This document shows positions 46,391 to 56,910 of a DNA stretch of 64,000 nucleotides, in pieces. Every line of letters begins with the position of its first letter. Within the stretch, counting starts at the first letter, position 1. The stretch is taken from contig JAGLLT010000021.1 in NCBI GenBank assembly GCA_023140385.1, positions 1,068 through 65,067 on the forward strand, read 5' to 3'. The notes under the pieces are model-generated. The model saw nothing but the letters and a program-made list of their open reading frames with translations. It did not search any database and was not told the DNA's origin. The position numbers and the translations under genes were made by a program. Origin of the DNA: Candidatus Omnitrophota bacterium (lineage in GTDB: Bacteria > Omnitrophota > Gorgyraeia > JAGLLT01).

Positions 46391-49036
46391 CTAATCTTCC
46401 AGCCCGCCGGGTTTAAGGATGATGGTTGTGTAATTATCCAGATTGAGGTACTTATTTATAACGGCATTAATATCATCAAGAGTGACCTGTTCTATCTTTT
46501 CTTCATATCTGAGGTAGTTGTTAAAACCCAGGCCGTACATTTCATCAAGGGCGCATTTGAAGGCCAGGGCGGCATTTGTTTCAAGCCCGATAAAGTACGC
46601 TCCCGACAAATACTTTTTAGCCTCCTTCATCTCCTCTGCTGAAATTGAATGTTTTTTTAATTTTTTTATTTCATTCAACAGGCTCTCTTTTGATTTATTA
46701 ATCAGGCTTTCTTCGGTGGCGATGTAGAAGACATAACAGCCGGGTTCAAAGCCGGACATTGAGAATGTTCCCAGGGTGTACGCCAAGCCCTGTTTATCTC
46801 TCAGGTTGTAAAATAATCGCGACCCTCCCCCGTTCAAAACGGCGTTTAAAACCTCAAAAGCATACCTGTCTTTATCTGTGACAGATGGTGAAGTAAAGCC
46901 CATCATTATAAGCGCCTGTTCTTTGTTTACCCGGTTGGCAACCTCGATTTTTTTGCGGTGGAAGTTATCGGCTGAAAGAGTTACTTTGGGCCGGCCGCAG
47001 CCGGCGCTTTTAAAGTTGGCAAAATACTTTTTAACATCTTCTTCCACCTGCCGGCAGTCAATATCACCGAAAATAGAAAGTGTCAGATTAGAAGGCCTGA
47101 CCGTTTTTCGGTAAAAGTTCAGGATATCGCTCCTTTGTATTTTTGAAATAGATTCAGGTGTTCCCAAGGGGTCTAACCGGTAAGGATGGTTCTTGAAGAA
47201 GTTACCTCTTAAGAGCAAAAAACCTTCTTTAAAAATGTCATCTTTTGAGCTGTCAATGGCGGCAGTTATCAACTGCTTCCGGTGGTTAATTTCTGACTCC
47301 AAAAAGGCCGGATTTGTCAGTATGTCGCTTAAAAGTTCAAGGCCGTAGTTTATATCGTTGCTAAGCAAGTTCATAGAGATGCCAAAGCTGTTATTTTGAC
47401 TGAAAGTTCCGATACTTGCTCCTCTGGCCTCAAGCTCCGTGGATATCTGCAGTTTCGCGCGTTTTGCCGTGCCGCAGGTAAAGAGGGATGTCATAAGGTT
47501 AGAAAGTCCGTTATTTTTTTCATCTTCCAGCCTGACTCCGCCTTTAAAGACCGCCTGGACGTCTACTATGGGGAAGGCGCGGTCTTCTTTTAATAAAAGA
47601 GTTATTTTGTTGGGCAGAACAACCTTCTTTATTATATTCTTCGCGGCGGTTTCTTTTGAAGAAAGCAAAGACTCTTCTATTTTTGAACCGGCCGGCAGAA
47701 CGGCAGACACGGTTAGACGGCTTCTTAGAAGATACAGATTAGCTGTTCTATTAATATCTTCTCGGGTAACCAGATTAAGCCTTTTTATATATTTATCCGT
47801 AAAGCAGGCATCGTTGGTTATTAGCAAAGAGACAGCCATATCCCTGGCTTGTGACTCCACAGTTTGCAGGTAGTTTATGGAGTTGCTGATAGCAATGTTT
47901 TTTGCTTTAGACAGCTCCTCCTCTGAAACGCCATTTATCTTGATATTTTCTATTTCATCTATTACCGCGTTATAAAAAGCGTCAAATTTGTCACCGTCTA
48001 TTAGCGCTCTGATGGCAAAAAGTCCGTTATCGCGGGGCGTATAGTTGCCGGCGCTTATGGAATGAGCAAGCTTTTGCTCATCTTTAATGTTTACGTTTAA
48101 TCGTGAACTCCTGCCTTCGCCCAGAATGATTGCCAGTAGATCGAGGGCATACAAATCAGATGAGTTTATATCAACACTTTTAAAACCCATAGCAACGTAT
48201 CCCATCCTATTGTCCGAATACTCCACAATAAATCGTTCGCCTTGCTGCTCAGGTTCTTTAATGGATAATGGCGCGATGACGCGGGGTTTTCTTTTGAAAC
48301 TGCCGAAGGCCTTATTGACTTTATCAAAGGCATCCTGCCGGCGTATATCACCGGCAATAGAGATAATGATGTTGTCCGGGATGTAGACTTTATTGTAGAA
48401 GTTTATCAGATCTTCTCTTTTTAGCTTCAGGAAAAGTTCTTCGTAGCCTATGATAGGATACTTGTAAGGGTGAACGAAAAAGGCCTTTTGCCAGAGATTC
48501 CTTAAGGCAACCCTGGAGGGTTTATCCATGGTCATATAGATTTCTTTTAAAATAACCTCTTTTTCTTTTAAGTATTCATTTTTATTAAAAGAGGAATTTT
48601 GTATAATATCGGATACTAAATTTAAGGCTTCGTCAAAGCCGCTTTTCGGAACAATTAGGTAGTAGTTTGTGTGCTCCGATGATGTATAAGCGTTAATAGT
48701 TCCTCCAAGAGATTTTATCAGTTTATGAACCTCGCCCGCTTTGAGATTTTTTGTCCCTTTAAACAGCATATGCTCGATAAAGTGGGATATTCCGCAACCG
48801 CTATAGTTGCTTTCATTGGCTGAACCCGTATCAATCAGAGCGTTTATGGCAACGATTGGGTGGCGATGATCTTCTTTGATGATTAAACGCAGGCCGTTGT
48901 CCAGTTCATAGCTGTAAACTGTTCCCGGTTTTTCTGTAAGCCTGTTTTCACGTAAAGCAAAAACTTTAACGCTCGAGGATAATATAAAAACCGTTAAAAA
49001 AATTGTGAAAAGAATTTTAAAATGTTTTTTTATCAT
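46391..49036 (-). CDS. secreted tandem M16 (pitrilysin/insulinase) family zinc peptidase
   Basis: Signal peptide; HFIEHMLFKGT (HxxEH); two M16 halves, 881 aa. Confidence 0.8.
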   Translation of the reverse strand: MIKKHFKILFTIFLTVFILSSSVKVFALRENRLTEKPGTVYSYELDNGLRLIIKEDHRHPIVAINALIDTGSANESNYSGCGISHFIEHMLFKGTKNLKAGEVHKLIKSLGGTINAYTSSEHTNYYLIVPKSGFDEALNLVSDIIQNSSFNKNEYLKEKEVILKEIYMTMDKPSRVALRNLWQKAFFVHPYKYPIIGYEELFLKLKREDLINFYNKVYIPDNIIISIAGDIRRQDAFDKVNKAFGSFKRKPRVIAPLSIKEPEQQGERFIVEYSDNRMGYVAMGFKSVDINSSDLYALDLLAIILGEGRSSRLNVNIKDEQKLAHSISAGNYTPRDNGLFAIRALIDGDKFDAFYNAVIDEIENIKINGVSEEELSKAKNIAISNSINYLQTVESQARDMAVSLLITNDACFTDKYIKRLNLVTREDINRTANLYLLRSRLTVSAVLPAGSKIEESLLSSKETAAKNIIKKVVLPNKITLLLKEDRAFPIVDVQAVFKGGVRLEDEKNNGLSNLMTSLFTCGTAKRAKLQISTELEARGASIGTFSQNNSFGISMNLLSNDINYGLELLSDILTNPAFLESEINHRKQLITAAIDSSKDDIFKEGFLLLRGNFFKNHPYRLDPLGTPESISKIQRSDILNFYRKTVRPSNLTLSIFGDIDCRQVEEDVKKYFANFKSAGCGRPKVTLSADNFHRKKIEVANRVNKEQALIMMGFTSPSVTDKDRYAFEVLNAVLNGGGSRLFYNLRDKQGLAYTLGTFSMSGFEPGCYVFYIATEESLINKSKESLLNEIKKLKKHSISAEEMKEAKKYLSGAYFIGLETNAALAFKCALDEMYGLGFNNYLRYEEKIEQVTLDDINAVINKYLNLDNYTTIILKPGGLED

Positions 49037-49037
49037 A

Positions 49038-49700
49038 TCAGGCGGTCTCTTCAGCTTTTTTAAGCTTTCCGTAACAGATTAATGTGTCGCCTTCCATCAA
49101 AATATCGTCCGCGCCGGGCGCGGGTATAATTTTGTGATTTCTTTCTATCGCCAGAACCAGAACGTCTTTTTCCCGGAAGTTAGCATCTTTTAATTTAATG
49201 CCCGCGTTTTTTGACTCTTTGGTAAGCGTAATTTCAGCAATACCGTAATTTTGCGCTAAACGCAGCACTTCGTCAAATGAGCGTTTTTTCAGCGTTGTCC
49301 GATTTTCCAGATAACCTGAGACTGTTTTTCTGAAACTTTTCACAAAAGGCCGGTATCTGCTCAAAAACAAAACAGCCAGACTGATAAACATTAAGGCCGA
49401 TACCTGCAGTGTGGCGGGGAGCAATTCGTGATGAGTTGAAAAAGCGTTGATGATAAGAGATATCAGAGATGCCCAGGTTATGAATCCCACAATCATCAAA
49501 AGCATAATTATTTGCCTGCGCTGATTATGAGTGACGACGTCTTCAGCCTCTTTGGTGGTAAAACCGGTGGCTGTAAAGGCTGAAAGTGCCTGAAATCTGG
49601 CGCTTTTCATGTTCAGGCCGGTCATATGCAGGGCAATGGCCGCGATTTCCACGATTAATACCAGTAAAATTAACGGGATAGCGAGAATGAGGAAGGCCAT
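49038..49700 (-). CDS. membrane protein with C-terminal TrkA-C (RCK_C) domain
   Basis: Three N-terminal TM helices plus a C-terminal RCK_C-like beta domain (GDTLICYG). Confidence 0.45.
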   Translation of the reverse strand: MAFLILAIPLILLVLIVEIAAIALHMTGLNMKSARFQALSAFTATGFTTKEAEDVVTHNQRRQIIMLLMIVGFITWASLISLIINAFSTHHELLPATLQVSALMFISLAVLFLSRYRPFVKSFRKTVSGYLENRTTLKKRSFDEVLRLAQNYGIAEITLTKESKNAGIKLKDANFREKDVLVLAIERNHKIIPAPGADDILMEGDTLICYGKLKKAEETA

Positions 49701-49714
49701 AAGAACTTCTCCTT

Positions 49715-50668
49715 TTAATAGTTAATACGTCTAAACTTTTCGCCAAAGGGGATAAATTTTTTTATGATAAACTTTATAGTGCAAGCTTTAATTTTTTTCT
49801 TTATCTCAGTTATTTTTTTATTAACCGCTTCTTCCCCTTTTTCTATCATTATATCAATTTTTGAAAAGTGCGCCCAACTCAAATTTTTTACGTCAGGCTC
49901 AATAATGATATCGGCGTACTTCATTTTCATCAGATTGAGTTCGTGCCTCCTAATGTCATCAGCTTGAAAAATGATATCGTAGCCTTGCTTAAACTCTTTA
50001 GGCTGGATATTTTTATCAACGTTAATGCCGATAACAATATCGGCGCCTAATTTTCTTGCCGGCTGGGCCGGAAGCAGAGTTACTATGCCTCCGTCAATCA
50101 GGAGCCTCTCTCCGTCTTCTACAGGTGGGAATACGCCGGGTATGGATGAACTAGCCATTAGCGCTTTGAGCATATTGCCTTCACTGAAGATTACTTCTTC
50201 ACCCTTGTTTATATCGGTAGCCACGCAAGCGTATTTAATGACTGCTTCATTAAAGTTTTTTTCATCAACCAGTTCCTTGATAAGATTACTCATTTCACTA
50301 CCGTCATCAATGTAGCCTTTAATAGCCCGCAGATTCCAGAGAAAAAGGTCGGTAGCGTAAGCGGCCAAACTTTCGATAATCAGGCGTTTTTCAGCCGGCT
50401 CGTCTTCAGCGGCCAGAGACTCTAATAGTAATAAGTTTTTATTGGACATAAGAGGCTTCACTTTTTGTTCTAAAGCTTCCGCGTCCGGATTGACCGCGTA
50501 GGCTGCTCCCATAATAGCTCCCATGCTTGTTCCAACAATCATATCCGGCCGAATGCCGGCTTTCTCAAAGGCTTTTAAAGCACCGATATGAGCCAGCCCT
50601 CTGGCACCGCCTCCACCTAAGGCGAATGCAATCTTTGGTTTAAAATTTAACATATACCTCTTTTCCAA
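49715..50668 (-). CDS. patatin-like phospholipase
   Basis: GGGGARG oxyanion motif, GTSMG nucleophile elbow, and DGG catalytic Asp. Confidence 0.8.
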   Translation of the reverse strand: MEKRYMLNFKPKIAFALGGGGARGLAHIGALKAFEKAGIRPDMIVGTSMGAIMGAAYAVNPDAEALEQKVKPLMSNKNLLLLESLAAEDEPAEKRLIIESLAAYATDLFLWNLRAIKGYIDDGSEMSNLIKELVDEKNFNEAVIKYACVATDINKGEEVIFSEGNMLKALMASSSIPGVFPPVEDGERLLIDGGIVTLLPAQPARKLGADIVIGINVDKNIQPKEFKQGYDIIFQADDIRRHELNLMKMKYADIIIEPDVKNLSWAHFSKIDIMIEKGEEAVNKKITEIKKKIKACTIKFIIKKFIPFGEKFRRINY

Positions 50669-50731
50669 CTTCTTTTAAATATTTTATAGTGGCTATAATT
50701 ATATCATAAAATCTTTCAAAATTGTCAAAGT

Positions 50732-51460
50732 TTACATAATCCTTGGATGCATTGTTTCTATTTCAATATTTCCCGTAACCGCTAATTTTTTACCTTTGAT
50801 TATGACCGCGCCTGATATTCGTTTTTCTTTTTTTATAAGGCGAATAACCTTATCTATATCAGATGCTTTTTTTACCATATTAGCCGCGCTTGTAGCCCAG
50901 GCGTCTGCCAGAGCGCAATTTTTGGCTACAATTACCGTCGCGTCTGACTTTCCGTAGCTGAAGGAGTGGCCAATGGTGCCGCTTGAGGTGCATATGCCCC
51001 AAGGGGTTTTTGATCTGGGCAGAATAATGGCTAACTTATTGCTTAAAGGCGATTTGCCGGCCAGTATACCTACGGCTGACCGGCGCTCCAGCTTTAAGAA
51101 AATATCGCCGCCGTTATCTACGATAACCTCGGGATTATCTTTAAGCAGTTTCCTGCCTACGTATTCAGCTATCGCCCCAGCCACAGCTGCCATCGGGCCC
51201 ACTTTGGCCGCCTCCGCCGCCTTTAGCATAGCTTTTATAATAGCCGGAGCTAACGGGTCTAATTTTAGCGGTTTAAAGTTTTCTGAAAATTCAGGGCGCG
51301 ACCCGGCGTAGGCTTCTATTTGTTTTCTTGCCGCAGACAGATAACTTTTTGCTTCAAGGAGGGATCTATTGCTTGAGTAAATAAAAAGACTTGACTCTTT
51401 TATCTTTACTTTATATGGGTACAGATATCGCTTATTATCCTGCGTGAGAGAGAGGATCAT
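50732..51460 (-). CDS. hypothetical protein (UPF0280-like)
   Basis: GPMAAVAGAIAEYVG and VIVDNGGDIF motifs; family assignment tentative. Confidence 0.3.
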   Translation of the reverse strand: MILSLTQDNKRYLYPYKVKIKESSLFIYSSNRSLLEAKSYLSAARKQIEAYAGSRPEFSENFKPLKLDPLAPAIIKAMLKAAEAAKVGPMAAVAGAIAEYVGRKLLKDNPEVIVDNGGDIFLKLERRSAVGILAGKSPLSNKLAIILPRSKTPWGICTSSGTIGHSFSYGKSDATVIVAKNCALADAWATSAANMVKKASDIDKVIRLIKKEKRISGAVIIKGKKLAVTGNIEIETMHPRIM

Positions 51461-51476
51461 TGTTTACGAATGAACC

Positions 51477-52097
51477 TTATTTATTCTTAAAAGATATAGT
51501 GACGTTAAAGGTTGCCTCTTTCTGCTTAAGGTTTTTGGGAAACGGAGGAAAGGGATTAGCTTTTTTAATGCTGTCTAACGCTGCCATTCTAAGCAAGACG
51601 TTGGAAGATGACTTTTTTTCATTAATCCTTATTATTTTTAGCTGACCGTCAGAAGCCAAGGTGAAGGATAGATGAACTTCTCCATGGGAAATTAAACCCG
51701 GATAAATAATATAATTTTTAACTTTAGCTTTAAGCAGTTGATGGTAATTCGGATATTCTTCTTTTTTGGAAAAACTTACTTTGGCTGTCGCGACTATCTT
51801 TTCTTGTTTAGCGGTTTGCCCGAGCTTTGCTTTCTTTTTTTCTACCTTGTCGGCCGATTTTTCTTTTACCTTTGTATAGTTTGATATCTTAGGGGAAACT
51901 TTTTTTACTAATTTCCGGGCGGGCTTGCTGTAGGCATCAATGGTTTTTTCACGGCTTTTCTCAATCTGCGGAATATAGGTGGCTTCCACTTGAGTCATCT
52001 TTTTAGTGAGCGAAAAGCTGTTGCCGGGAAAAAAAAGAAAGCTATGGCTTATAAAAGAAATAATCAACGCGATAATAAAGGTCTTATCGTTACTCAT
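51477..52097 (-). CDS. TonB family energy-transducer-like protein
   Basis: N-terminal TM, Lys-rich linker and a C-terminal TonB_C-like ~90 aa. Confidence 0.55.
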   Translation of the reverse strand: MSNDKTFIIALIISFISHSFLFFPGNSFSLTKKMTQVEATYIPQIEKSREKTIDAYSKPARKLVKKVSPKISNYTKVKEKSADKVEKKKAKLGQTAKQEKIVATAKVSFSKKEEYPNYHQLLKAKVKNYIIYPGLISHGEVHLSFTLASDGQLKIIRINEKKSSSNVLLRMAALDSIKKANPFPPFPKNLKQKEATFNVTISFKNK

Positions 52098-52200
52098 TAT
52101 TTGGTTACCTTAAGCTAAAAACACCATATATAGTTACTTCCGCTATAACTCTACCATATATATAGTATAAATACAAGCATTAGGCAAGCATTATTTAAGA

Positions 52201-52782
52201 TTATTTTAGTATTTGAATCCGATGCGGCGGCCAGAAGATAAAAAAGGCCTTGCCTACTATGTTTTCTTCAGGGACAAAACCCCAATAGCGGGAGTCTTTG
52301 CTCGCGTAGCTGTTATCTCCGAGCGCGTAATAGGAGTCCGCCGGAACAATAATTTCATCCTGCCCAAAAGGCCCGGCCGCGTAGTAATGATTTTTAGTTA
52401 TCCGCGGCAGTTCAGTTCGGCTCCCGTTTATTAATATTTTTCCATCATTAATTTTTATTCTATCTCCTTCTTTTCCTATCAGCCTTTTTATGAAGTCTCT
52501 TTTTTGATCAAGGGGATACTTGAAGACTATGATGTCGCCCCTTGCGGGAGATCCGAAGCCGGGAAGCCTGAAGTTGGTAAAGGGGACTTTGGCTCCATAG
52601 GTTAGCTTGGTAACTAATAATTTATCACCCACTTTAAGGGTGGGTATCATAGAGCCGGAGGGAATTTTAAACGACTGCACGAAAAAGGTACGTAAAATTA
52701 AGGCTAAAATAACGGCTATTACCAATGTTTCAACCCATTCTCTTGTCGCGGATTTTCTACTTTTCATCATTAATCCTTTCAA
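52201..52782 (-). CDS. lepB: signal peptidase I
   Basis: SGSMIPTL (catalytic Ser) and GDNSYASKDSRYWGFV (Lys box). Confidence 0.85.
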   Translation of the reverse strand: MKGLMMKSRKSATREWVETLVIAVILALILRTFFVQSFKIPSGSMIPTLKVGDKLLVTKLTYGAKVPFTNFRLPGFGSPARGDIIVFKYPLDQKRDFIKRLIGKEGDRIKINDGKILINGSRTELPRITKNHYYAAGPFGQDEIIVPADSYYALGDNSYASKDSRYWGFVPEENIVGKAFFIFWPPHRIQILK

Positions 52783-54578
52783 ATTTTTAATATTTCTTTA
52801 AAGGCCTCTTGGGGTATCTGAACGTTTCCAAACTGTTTCATACGCTTCTTGCCCCTTTTTTGTTTATCCCACAACTTCCTTTTACGGGTAATATCGCCTC
52901 CGTAGCACTTGCCGGTGACGTGTTTTTTTAAAGCTGAAATATTGGTTCTGGCAATTACCTTACTGCCTATCGCCGCTTGAACGGCTACCTGAAATAATTG
53001 CCGGGGAATTAAACTCCTTAATTTTTCGGCGATATCTCTCGCCCTGTAAGGGGCCTTGTCTTTGTGGGTAATAAAACTAAACGCGTCAAATACACGCCCG
53101 TTAATCATTATGTCAACCTTGACCATATCCGCCTTTTTGTAAGCGGTAAAGTCATAGTCAAAGGACGCGTAGCCCCTGGTGATTGACTTTAGCTTATCAT
53201 AAAAGTCAACGATTACTTCACTTAGCGGCAGTTCGTAGGTTATAATCAGCCTGTTTTCTCCCAGATATTCAGTCGCGATGTAAATACCGCGCTTATTCTT
53301 CACCAACTGCATAATATCGCTGACGTACTCCTGGGGCGTAATTATGAAGGCTTTTATCCAGGGTTCATTTATATTAGTGATTTTTTGGACCTCGGGAAAC
53401 TTTGAGGGATTGTGAATATCAACAACCTCGCCGTTGCTTTTTTCTATCCTGTAAACCACGCTGGGAACGGTGATTACCAGGCTGATATCAAATTCTCTTT
53501 CAATTCTTTCCTGAATAATTTCAGAATGGAGCAGTCCCAGAAAACCGCACCTGAAGCCAAAGCCCAGAGATTCGGAAGACTCTTGCTCATAAGTAAACGA
53601 CGCGTCGCTTAGTCTCAATTTTTCCAGAGCGCTTTTTAGTTCCACAAAATCTTTACTGTTTTCCGGATAGATTCCGCAAAAAACAAAGGGTTTTATCTTT
53701 TTGTAGCCGGGAAGCCTCTGGGCGGCCGGCTTGAGACTGGAGGTAATGGTTTCTCCAACGCTCACCTCTTTGGCGTTCTTTATGTTGCAGGTAATATAGC
53801 CCACCTCCCCGCATTGGAGTTTGTCCGTTTTTCGCGGTTTTGGAGAAAAGGTTCCTACTTCCTGTACCTGATGAGTAGTGCCGGTATTCATCAGTTTTAT
53901 TTTCATTTGAGGTGTAATTACTCCGTCTATTACGCGCACGTAGATAATGACTCCTTTGTAGATATTAAAACTTGAGTCAAAGACAAGCGCCTTAAGAGGA
54001 GCTTGAGGACTGCCTGAAGGCGGAGGTATGCTTTTGATAATTTGCGATAAAATCTCTTTTATTCCCTCACCCTTTTTAGCGCTGGAAAGAAGGATATCTT
54101 CTTTGTTAAACTTTAAAGCGTTTACCAGCTGATTGTTAGTTCCCTCTATGTCCGCGTGCTGTAGGTCTATTTTATTTATTACGGGAATAATCTTTAAATT
54201 ACTTTCTTTAGCTAAATGGTAGTTAGCTACGGTCTGGGCTTCTATGCCCTCAGAGGCGTCAATCAGCAGCAGCGCCCCCTCGGAGGCGGAAAGGGATTTA
54301 GATACTTCGTAGGTAAAGTCTACGTGCCCGGGAGTGTCAATCAGGTTTAGAATGTATTTTTTGTTATCAGTGTGTTTATAAGAAAATCTTACAGCGGACG
54401 CCTTAATGGTTATTCCGCGTTCACGCTCTAAGTCCATATCGTCAAGCAGCTGCTCTTTTAAGTCACGCTTGCTGATAGCTCCGGTAAATTCGAGAAGCCG
54501 GTCACATAGGGTTGATTTACCGTGGTCTATGTGGGCGATTATGCAAAAATTTCTTATTAGTTTTTGATTATAATGCAT
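52779..54578 (-). CDS. lepA: elongation factor 4
   Basis: IRNFCIIAHIDHGKSTL G-domain and the LepA-specific C-terminal domain. Confidence 0.95.
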   Translation of the reverse strand: MHYNQKLIRNFCIIAHIDHGKSTLCDRLLEFTGAISKRDLKEQLLDDMDLERERGITIKASAVRFSYKHTDNKKYILNLIDTPGHVDFTYEVSKSLSASEGALLLIDASEGIEAQTVANYHLAKESNLKIIPVINKIDLQHADIEGTNNQLVNALKFNKEDILLSSAKKGEGIKEILSQIIKSIPPPSGSPQAPLKALVFDSSFNIYKGVIIYVRVIDGVITPQMKIKLMNTGTTHQVQEVGTFSPKPRKTDKLQCGEVGYITCNIKNAKEVSVGETITSSLKPAAQRLPGYKKIKPFVFCGIYPENSKDFVELKSALEKLRLSDASFTYEQESSESLGFGFRCGFLGLLHSEIIQERIEREFDISLVITVPSVVYRIEKSNGEVVDIHNPSKFPEVQKITNINEPWIKAFIITPQEYVSDIMQLVKNKRGIYIATEYLGENRLIITYELPLSEVIVDFYDKLKSITRGYASFDYDFTAYKKADMVKVDIMINGRVFDAFSFITHKDKAPYRARDIAEKLRSLIPRQLFQVAVQAAIGSKVIARTNISALKKHVTGKCYGGDITRKRKLWDKQKRGKKRMKQFGNVQIPQEAFKEILKI

Positions 54579-54587
54579 GGGATTATA

Positions 54588-56009
54588 CTATTTAATTAAC
54601 TTTGCCGCGAAGTTTATCATAGCGGACGTTGACTTTTTTGTATTTGACTCGGCGTATATCCTTAAGACGGGTTCTGTTCCGGAAAATCTGAAGAGAAGCC
54701 AGCTTCCGTCATCAAGAATAAATTTTATTCCGTCTATCTTTTTTATTTCTTTTATTTTCTTATTAGCTATTGTCTCTGACCGGTAATTTTTTATTTTTGA
54801 TTTCAGCTTTTCACGCGTCTGCCCGGGAAACTTAAAGTCCGCCCTCTGGTAATAAAATTTGCCGAAGTTTTTTTTCATTTCTCCTAAAAGCTCTACAATA
54901 GACTTGCCGGTTTTTGAGAGCATTTCAAGAAGTAGAAGTTGTATGAGGAGTCCGTCGCGGTCAGGCAGGTAGTTTCGTATTCCAATACCGCCCGACTCTT
55001 CCCCCGCCAGTGATACCTTTTCGTTTATCATCAGGTTTGCCAGATATTTGAAGCCAATTGGAGTTTCGATCAGGTTTAAATTATAGCTTTCACATATTTT
55101 GTTAATCAGGTCAGAGGATGAGATGGTTTTACCTATGGCGACACTTTCATTCTTGCAGCGCGTAAAGTATATAATCAAAAGGCCAAAAACTTCGCTGGAG
55201 GTGATAAACCGCCCTCCGGGAGCAATTACTGCCAGGCGATCGCCGTCACCGTCTGTGGCAAGGCCAATGTCGTATTCTCCCTCTTTCATTAAAGAGGTTA
55301 ACTGTTTAAGATTTTTCGCGATCGGCTCGGGAGGAACGTTTCCGAAGTCAGCCCGCGGTTTTTCACGCAAAATAGTAACATTTATCCCGGATGACTTGAG
55401 GATATCCAAAATAATCGCGTTAGAAGCGCCGTGCATGCTGTCAATCAGAACATTTAATTTGCATCTATTCAGGGCTTTCATATCCAGAAAACTCCGGATG
55501 TTCTTTTTGTAAGCGCTAAGGTTGTCTGTTTCTTCAATTAATCCTTTAGTCACGGCAGTTTTAAAGGGAAGGCTTTTAACCTTATTTTTACCTATATAGG
55601 CCTCAATTTTTTCAGTAATTTCCGGGCCGGCGGATGAGCCCATATTTGTCTTGAACTTTATACCGTTAAACTCGGCGGGATTATGGCTTGCTGTAACCAT
55701 TATACCCCCGGAGAGTCCTTGTCTTCCGGCCGCAAGGCTTAAAGCGGGAGTGGGAATAAAGCTCTTTGAGAGTAGGGCCTTGATACCGTTGGCAGCCAGT
55801 ACGCGGGCTATAATTTCCGCGTACTTGTCTGATAAAAAACGTGTATCATAGCCGACTGCCATTTTTACCCGGTGATTTTTATTATTAATTTTATTTACGT
55901 AGTCACAGACAGCCTGAGCCATGATTTCCACGTTTTTATAAGTAAATTCCTTGGCTATAAGCGCTCGCCAACCGTCAGTTCCGAATTTTAAACCTTTATG
56001 TCTTTTAAT
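54588..56009 (-). CDS. phosphoglucomutase/phosphomannomutase family protein
   Basis: TASHNPAEFNG active site; the conserved N-terminal KFGTDGWRALIAKEF lies in-frame upstream of the first canonical start (55931 GTG), so the start is set at ATT 56007-56009 (uncertain). Confidence 0.7.
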   Translation of the reverse strand: MKRHKGLKFGTDGWRALIAKEFTYKNVEIMAQAVCDYVNKINNKNHRVKMAVGYDTRFLSDKYAEIIARVLAANGIKALLSKSFIPTPALSLAAGRQGLSGGIMVTASHNPAEFNGIKFKTNMGSSAGPEITEKIEAYIGKNKVKSLPFKTAVTKGLIEETDNLSAYKKNIRSFLDMKALNRCKLNVLIDSMHGASNAIILDILKSSGINVTILREKPRADFGNVPPEPIAKNLKQLTSLMKEGEYDIGLATDGDGDRLAVIAPGGRFITSSEVFGLLIIYFTRCKNESVAIGKTISSSDLINKICESYNLNLIETPIGFKYLANLMINEKVSLAGEESGGIGIRNYLPDRDGLLIQLLLLEMLSKTGKSIVELLGEMKKNFGKFYYQRADFKFPGQTREKLKSKIKNYRSETIANKKIKEIKKIDGIKFILDDGSWLLFRFSGTEPVLRIYAESNTKKSTSAMINFAAKLIK

Positions 56010-56635
56010 TTTTCAACGGATCCTTTCATATTGTCAGAGCCGAATAAATATGTACCGGCAACCAGCATATTGGCTCCGGCTTCGACTGCCATTTTGGCAG
56101 TTTTGTAGTTTATGCCGCCGTCTACCTCTATATCTCCGGAAAAAGCCCGCCTTATCCGCTTTATTTTTGAAAGGCAGCTGCTGATAAATTCCTGCCCTCC
56201 GAAACCGGGATTGACGGTCATAACCAGCACCAAATCAACCATATTTAATACAGGCGCTATATCTTTTACAGGTGTCCGGGGATTAAGGGAAATGCCGGCC
56301 TTAAGCCCCAGCTCTTTTATTTCCTTTATTAGCTGGATAGGGCGCTCTACCGTTTCGATGTGGACGGTGATAATGTCGCTGCCCGCTTTCACGAAGGCCT
56401 CTAAAAATTTGCGGGGTTTTTCAATCATAAGGTGGACATCCAGAATTAGTTTTGTGTGTTTGCGGATATCCCGGATAATAGCCGGCCCAAAGGTTATGTT
56501 AGGGACAAAGTGTCCATCCATTATGTCGCAATGCAAGAAGTCTACCCCCGCGTCCTCCGCTCTTTTTATCTCAACGGAAAGGTTGGAAAAGTCGGCCGCT
56601 AAAATTGAAGGCCCGGCTTTAATCCTTTTATTCAT
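55988..56635 (-). CDS. rpe: ribulose-phosphate 3-epimerase
   Basis: PSILAADF, HCDIMDGHFVPN, VHLM motifs; start placed at MNKRIKAGP after the upstream ORF stop. Confidence 0.9.
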   Translation of the reverse strand: MNKRIKAGPSILAADFSNLSVEIKRAEDAGVDFLHCDIMDGHFVPNITFGPAIIRDIRKHTKLILDVHLMIEKPRKFLEAFVKAGSDIITVHIETVERPIQLIKEIKELGLKAGISLNPRTPVKDIAPVLNMVDLVLVMTVNPGFGGQEFISSCLSKIKRIRRAFSGDIEVDGGINYKTAKMAVEAGANMLVAGTYLFGSDNMKGSVEKLKDIKV

Positions 56636-56894
56636 CCTTATTGCCTCTGGGGCCGTGCGATTTCTTACCCCTTGTCCTGCCAATCATAACATTTTTGGCC
56701 AGAATATCTTTTGCCTTATTAGTACGTTTAATAATTTTTTCTTCCTGGCTTATAGCCGCCTTTTTTTCTTTAGAACCCTCGGCATCTTCTCTCTTAAGAT
56801 ACCCTTCAGCCTTTTGTTTTTTACCCTTTTCTTCAACTTCCACCGGCTTTTTTCTTTTCAATCTAGAAAATAGATTCATCCTTATTGCCTCCAC
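56628..56894 (-). CDS. small Lys/Glu-rich hypothetical protein
   Basis: Low-complexity charged sequence; probable ATG start at 56879 with GGAGG RBS. Confidence 0.35.
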   Translation of the reverse strand: MEAIRMNLFSRLKRKKPVEVEEKGKKQKAEGYLKREDAEGSKEKKAAISQEEKIIKRTNKAKDILAKNVMIGRTRGKKSHGPRGNKDE

Positions 56895-56910
56895 TTTTTA
56901 ACCATATTGT

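Noticed and set aside
49715-50668. Patatin-like phospholipase as a CBASS or other defence effector
   Set aside because: No cyclase, CD-NTase, SAVED or STING-type partner is nearby. Neighbours are peptidase and TrkA-C genes of normal composition.
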